This document shows positions 61,991 to 64,000 of a stretch of 64,000 nt of DNA, piece after piece; position 1 is the first letter of the stretch; each line of letters begins with the position of its first letter. Both the position numbers and the translations under genes were made by a program. The notes beneath the pieces are model-generated. The model ran no database searches. It was not told the DNA's origin and worked only from the letters and a program-made list of their open reading frames with translations. Source of the stretch: Candidatus Methanomethylophilaceae archaeon (lineage in GTDB: Archaea > Thermoplasmatota > Thermoplasmata > Methanomassiliicoccales > Methanomethylophilaceae); the NCBI GenBank assembly GCA_050950505.1, contig JBMNHS010000001.1:736001-800000 (forward strand), read 5' to 3'.

Positions 61991-63610
61991 ATGAAAGCGA
62001 AAGCAACCAATAACACTGAATCAGTTTTATCACGTGATGTAACAGACGAGACAATCGCCAAGCTTGAAGGCATTGTAGGGAGAGACAACGTAAACACAAG
62101 CGATCTCGAAAAGATCCTCTACAGTCATGATTTGGCCCCGCTTCCGAAGGAAGCAGGTGTCGCATTCAAAAATATTCCTGACGTCGTCGTAAGACCCGAA
62201 AATGACGATCAGGTCGCTAAAATTGTCGCATTGGCGTACAAAAGCGGAATTGCAATCATTCCCAGAGGCAACGCCACCTGGGGTCTCGGCGGATGTATGC
62301 CCACTCACGGCGGCATTGTTGTGGATCTCGCGTCCAGAATGAACGACATCATCGAAATCAACACGGAAGACATGTACATCAAGGCACATGCCGGATGCAC
62401 CTGGAAGAAGGCAATGGATGAATGCATGAAATTGGGCTTCATCATAGGATCCTATCCCTCCAGTTTCCCCTCCGGCACACTCGGTGCATGGATATCCACC
62501 GACGGCATGGGAACCGGGAACTACAAATACGGAACCGCCAAAGACAACATTCTCAACATGAAAGTTGTTCTTCCCGACGGTGTAATGATTGAAACCGGTT
62601 ACGACCACATCGGTTCGTACATGTCCGGTTACAACCTCAACCAGTTCTTTGCAGGTTCCGAGGGCACCTTGGGAGTAATGACCACAATCACTCTGAGAAT
62701 CTACCCCATGGGAGAAATCAGGCCTCTTGCCTACGAATTCGACACCCTCAAGGAGATTCACGGGCCGATTCAGAAATTGGTCAACCACCCCAGCATAATG
62801 CCCCTTCACATTTCTTGGGCAGATCATCTGCACTTTGCAAACCAGCGGAAAGCCGGCGTTCACAGCACGGAAGCAAACAATATGCTTTTGGTAACGATTC
62901 AGGGCGACCCCGAATTCCTGGACTTCGAAGAGAAGGCAATCGACGCCATCATGGAAGAGTGCAATGCCAAAAAATTCGACAGTGACTTCGCCATGCACGA
63001 GTGGGATGAAAGATGCTACGAATTCAGGGCAAGGAAAGCCGGAGTCGGAGAGATTCCCGCGGAAGTCGTGGTCCCCGTCAAAAACTGGGGAGAGTTCGTC
63101 GATGAGTGCTACGGTGCTTTCGACACCATGAATATGGAAGCCGGCGGTGTGATCGGAGTCATCGTTGACCGCAATACCGCAATGTTCATGCCCTACTACT
63201 TCAAGGATGACGAAACCCTGTTGGGCATGGCCGCGTTCTCATTCAACTTCTACCTTGGCGACAGGGCCATGGAGTACGGCGGAAGGACCACCGGATTCGG
63301 AGTGTTCTTTGCCTGGAACCTTGACATCATACGCGACGAGAACACCGCACAGTTCATGAGAGAACTGAAGACCGCGGTGGATCCCAACGACGTCATGAAC
63401 CCCGGTCACCTGGTGTGCGGCACCACAAGATTCGGAATCGATCTTACCGAGAAGATTATGAGCTTCGGAAGTCAGCTCCTTCAGGGCGTAAAGAAGCTCC
63501 TTCCCGCCGATACGACCTTCAACCAGAACCTCAAGAGATTCAGGTATGAAGAACTCGAACACGGAAAGGACGGTTCCAGAACCCGTGTTCTCGGTGACGG
63601 TTCCGAGTAA
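61991..63610 (+). CDS. FAD-linked oxidoreductase (GlcD/D-lactate dehydrogenase family)
   Basis: PDVVVRP, IPRG, GSEGTLG and DPNDVMNPG. Confidence 0.88.
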   Translation: MKAKATNNTESVLSRDVTDETIAKLEGIVGRDNVNTSDLEKILYSHDLAPLPKEAGVAFKNIPDVVVRPENDDQVAKIVALAYKSGIAIIPRGNATWGLGGCMPTHGGIVVDLASRMNDIIEINTEDMYIKAHAGCTWKKAMDECMKLGFIIGSYPSSFPSGTLGAWISTDGMGTGNYKYGTAKDNILNMKVVLPDGVMIETGYDHIGSYMSGYNLNQFFAGSEGTLGVMTTITLRIYPMGEIRPLAYEFDTLKEIHGPIQKLVNHPSIMPLHISWADHLHFANQRKAGVHSTEANNMLLVTIQGDPEFLDFEEKAIDAIMEECNAKKFDSDFAMHEWDERCYEFRARKAGVGEIPAEVVVPVKNWGEFVDECYGAFDTMNMEAGGVIGVIVDRNTAMFMPYYFKDDETLLGMAAFSFNFYLGDRAMEYGGRTTGFGVFFAWNLDIIRDENTAQFMRELKTAVDPNDVMNPGHLVCGTTRFGIDLTEKIMSFGSQLLQGVKKLLPADTTFNQNLKRFRYEELEHGKDGSRTRVLGDGSE

Positions 63611-63643
63611 GTACGGACTCAAGTCCGCAAACCTTTTACCTTT

Positions 63644-63672
63644 AATTCAATCCGAACGATTCGGATTGAATT
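63644..63672. repeat. Perfect 13-bp inverted repeat
   Basis: AATTCAATCCGAA-CGA-TTCGGATTGAATT. Confidence 0.85.
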
Positions 63673-63965
63673 CTTTCAAATCTTCTGTAATTTTTTGAAG
63701 CTGAGGGTCTCCGGGACAAAGTTTAAAATTCCGACTCAATCGAACCGTTTCATCGGATATCATGAAAAAAGGTTATTTTATAAACACCGCATTACCGTCT
63801 GATAATTTATACAATTGCTTATAAAAAACAAATTTTAGGAAATAAAAAAATTTGGATTTTAAAAATTTGAAATCTGATGAAAATATTGAAAAAAATAACC
63901 TTTCTTATGCAATTTTTTTCTCGAGATATGAGGGTATATATACTCTATTCGGAGAATTTTAGTAT

Positions 63966-64000
63966 ATGTCCAAAAAAGGAATTGTTGCGGCAATCATTGT
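63966..64000 (+). CDS. Probable start of an exported protein, truncated by the window edge
   Basis: MSKKGIVAAII is signal-like, with a TATA-like TATATATA about 25 nt upstream. Confidence 0.45.
   Translation, partial: MSKKGIVAAII

Noticed and set aside
1-64000. CRISPR array, rRNA, integrase or provirus
   Set aside because: No regularly spaced repeats or corresponding genes were seen.

Overview
This is archaeal chromosomal DNA from a methyl-reducing methanogen, very probably of the order Methanomassiliicoccales. The evidence is an mcrBDGA operon without mcrC, a separate atwA-mcrC-mmp3/6/5/15/17/7 operon, MtaA, MtxX, a canonical-type SerRS and no TAG stop in any core gene. From 1 to 45 kb the genes are dense housekeeping: the end of rpoD, PolD large subunit, a lipid cluster (Tes, ferredoxin, GGR, mvk), queDCE, Fe-S assembly (NifX-like, Mrp, SufCB), rtcB with tRNA-His, argF, nucleases, mtaA and mcrBDGA-DUF2098. 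An accessory island at about 45.6-51.5 kb separates the mcr operon from the MCR-activation operon. It holds two decayed genes, an AAA+ DUF4143 ATPase bracketed by paired palindromic sites, an IS1634 remnant and mgtE. The best leads are: (i) a wHTH-DUF2111 fusion divergent from the activation operon, with a perfect operator-like palindrome beside its TATA box; (ii) the site-bracketed ATPase cassette; (iii) co-location of MCR, its activation machinery and a candidate cluster-supply locus; (iv) an uncharacterised three-gene membrane operon and a giant prepilin-like lamin-tail protein. All family calls come from recognising motifs by eye; no searches were run.
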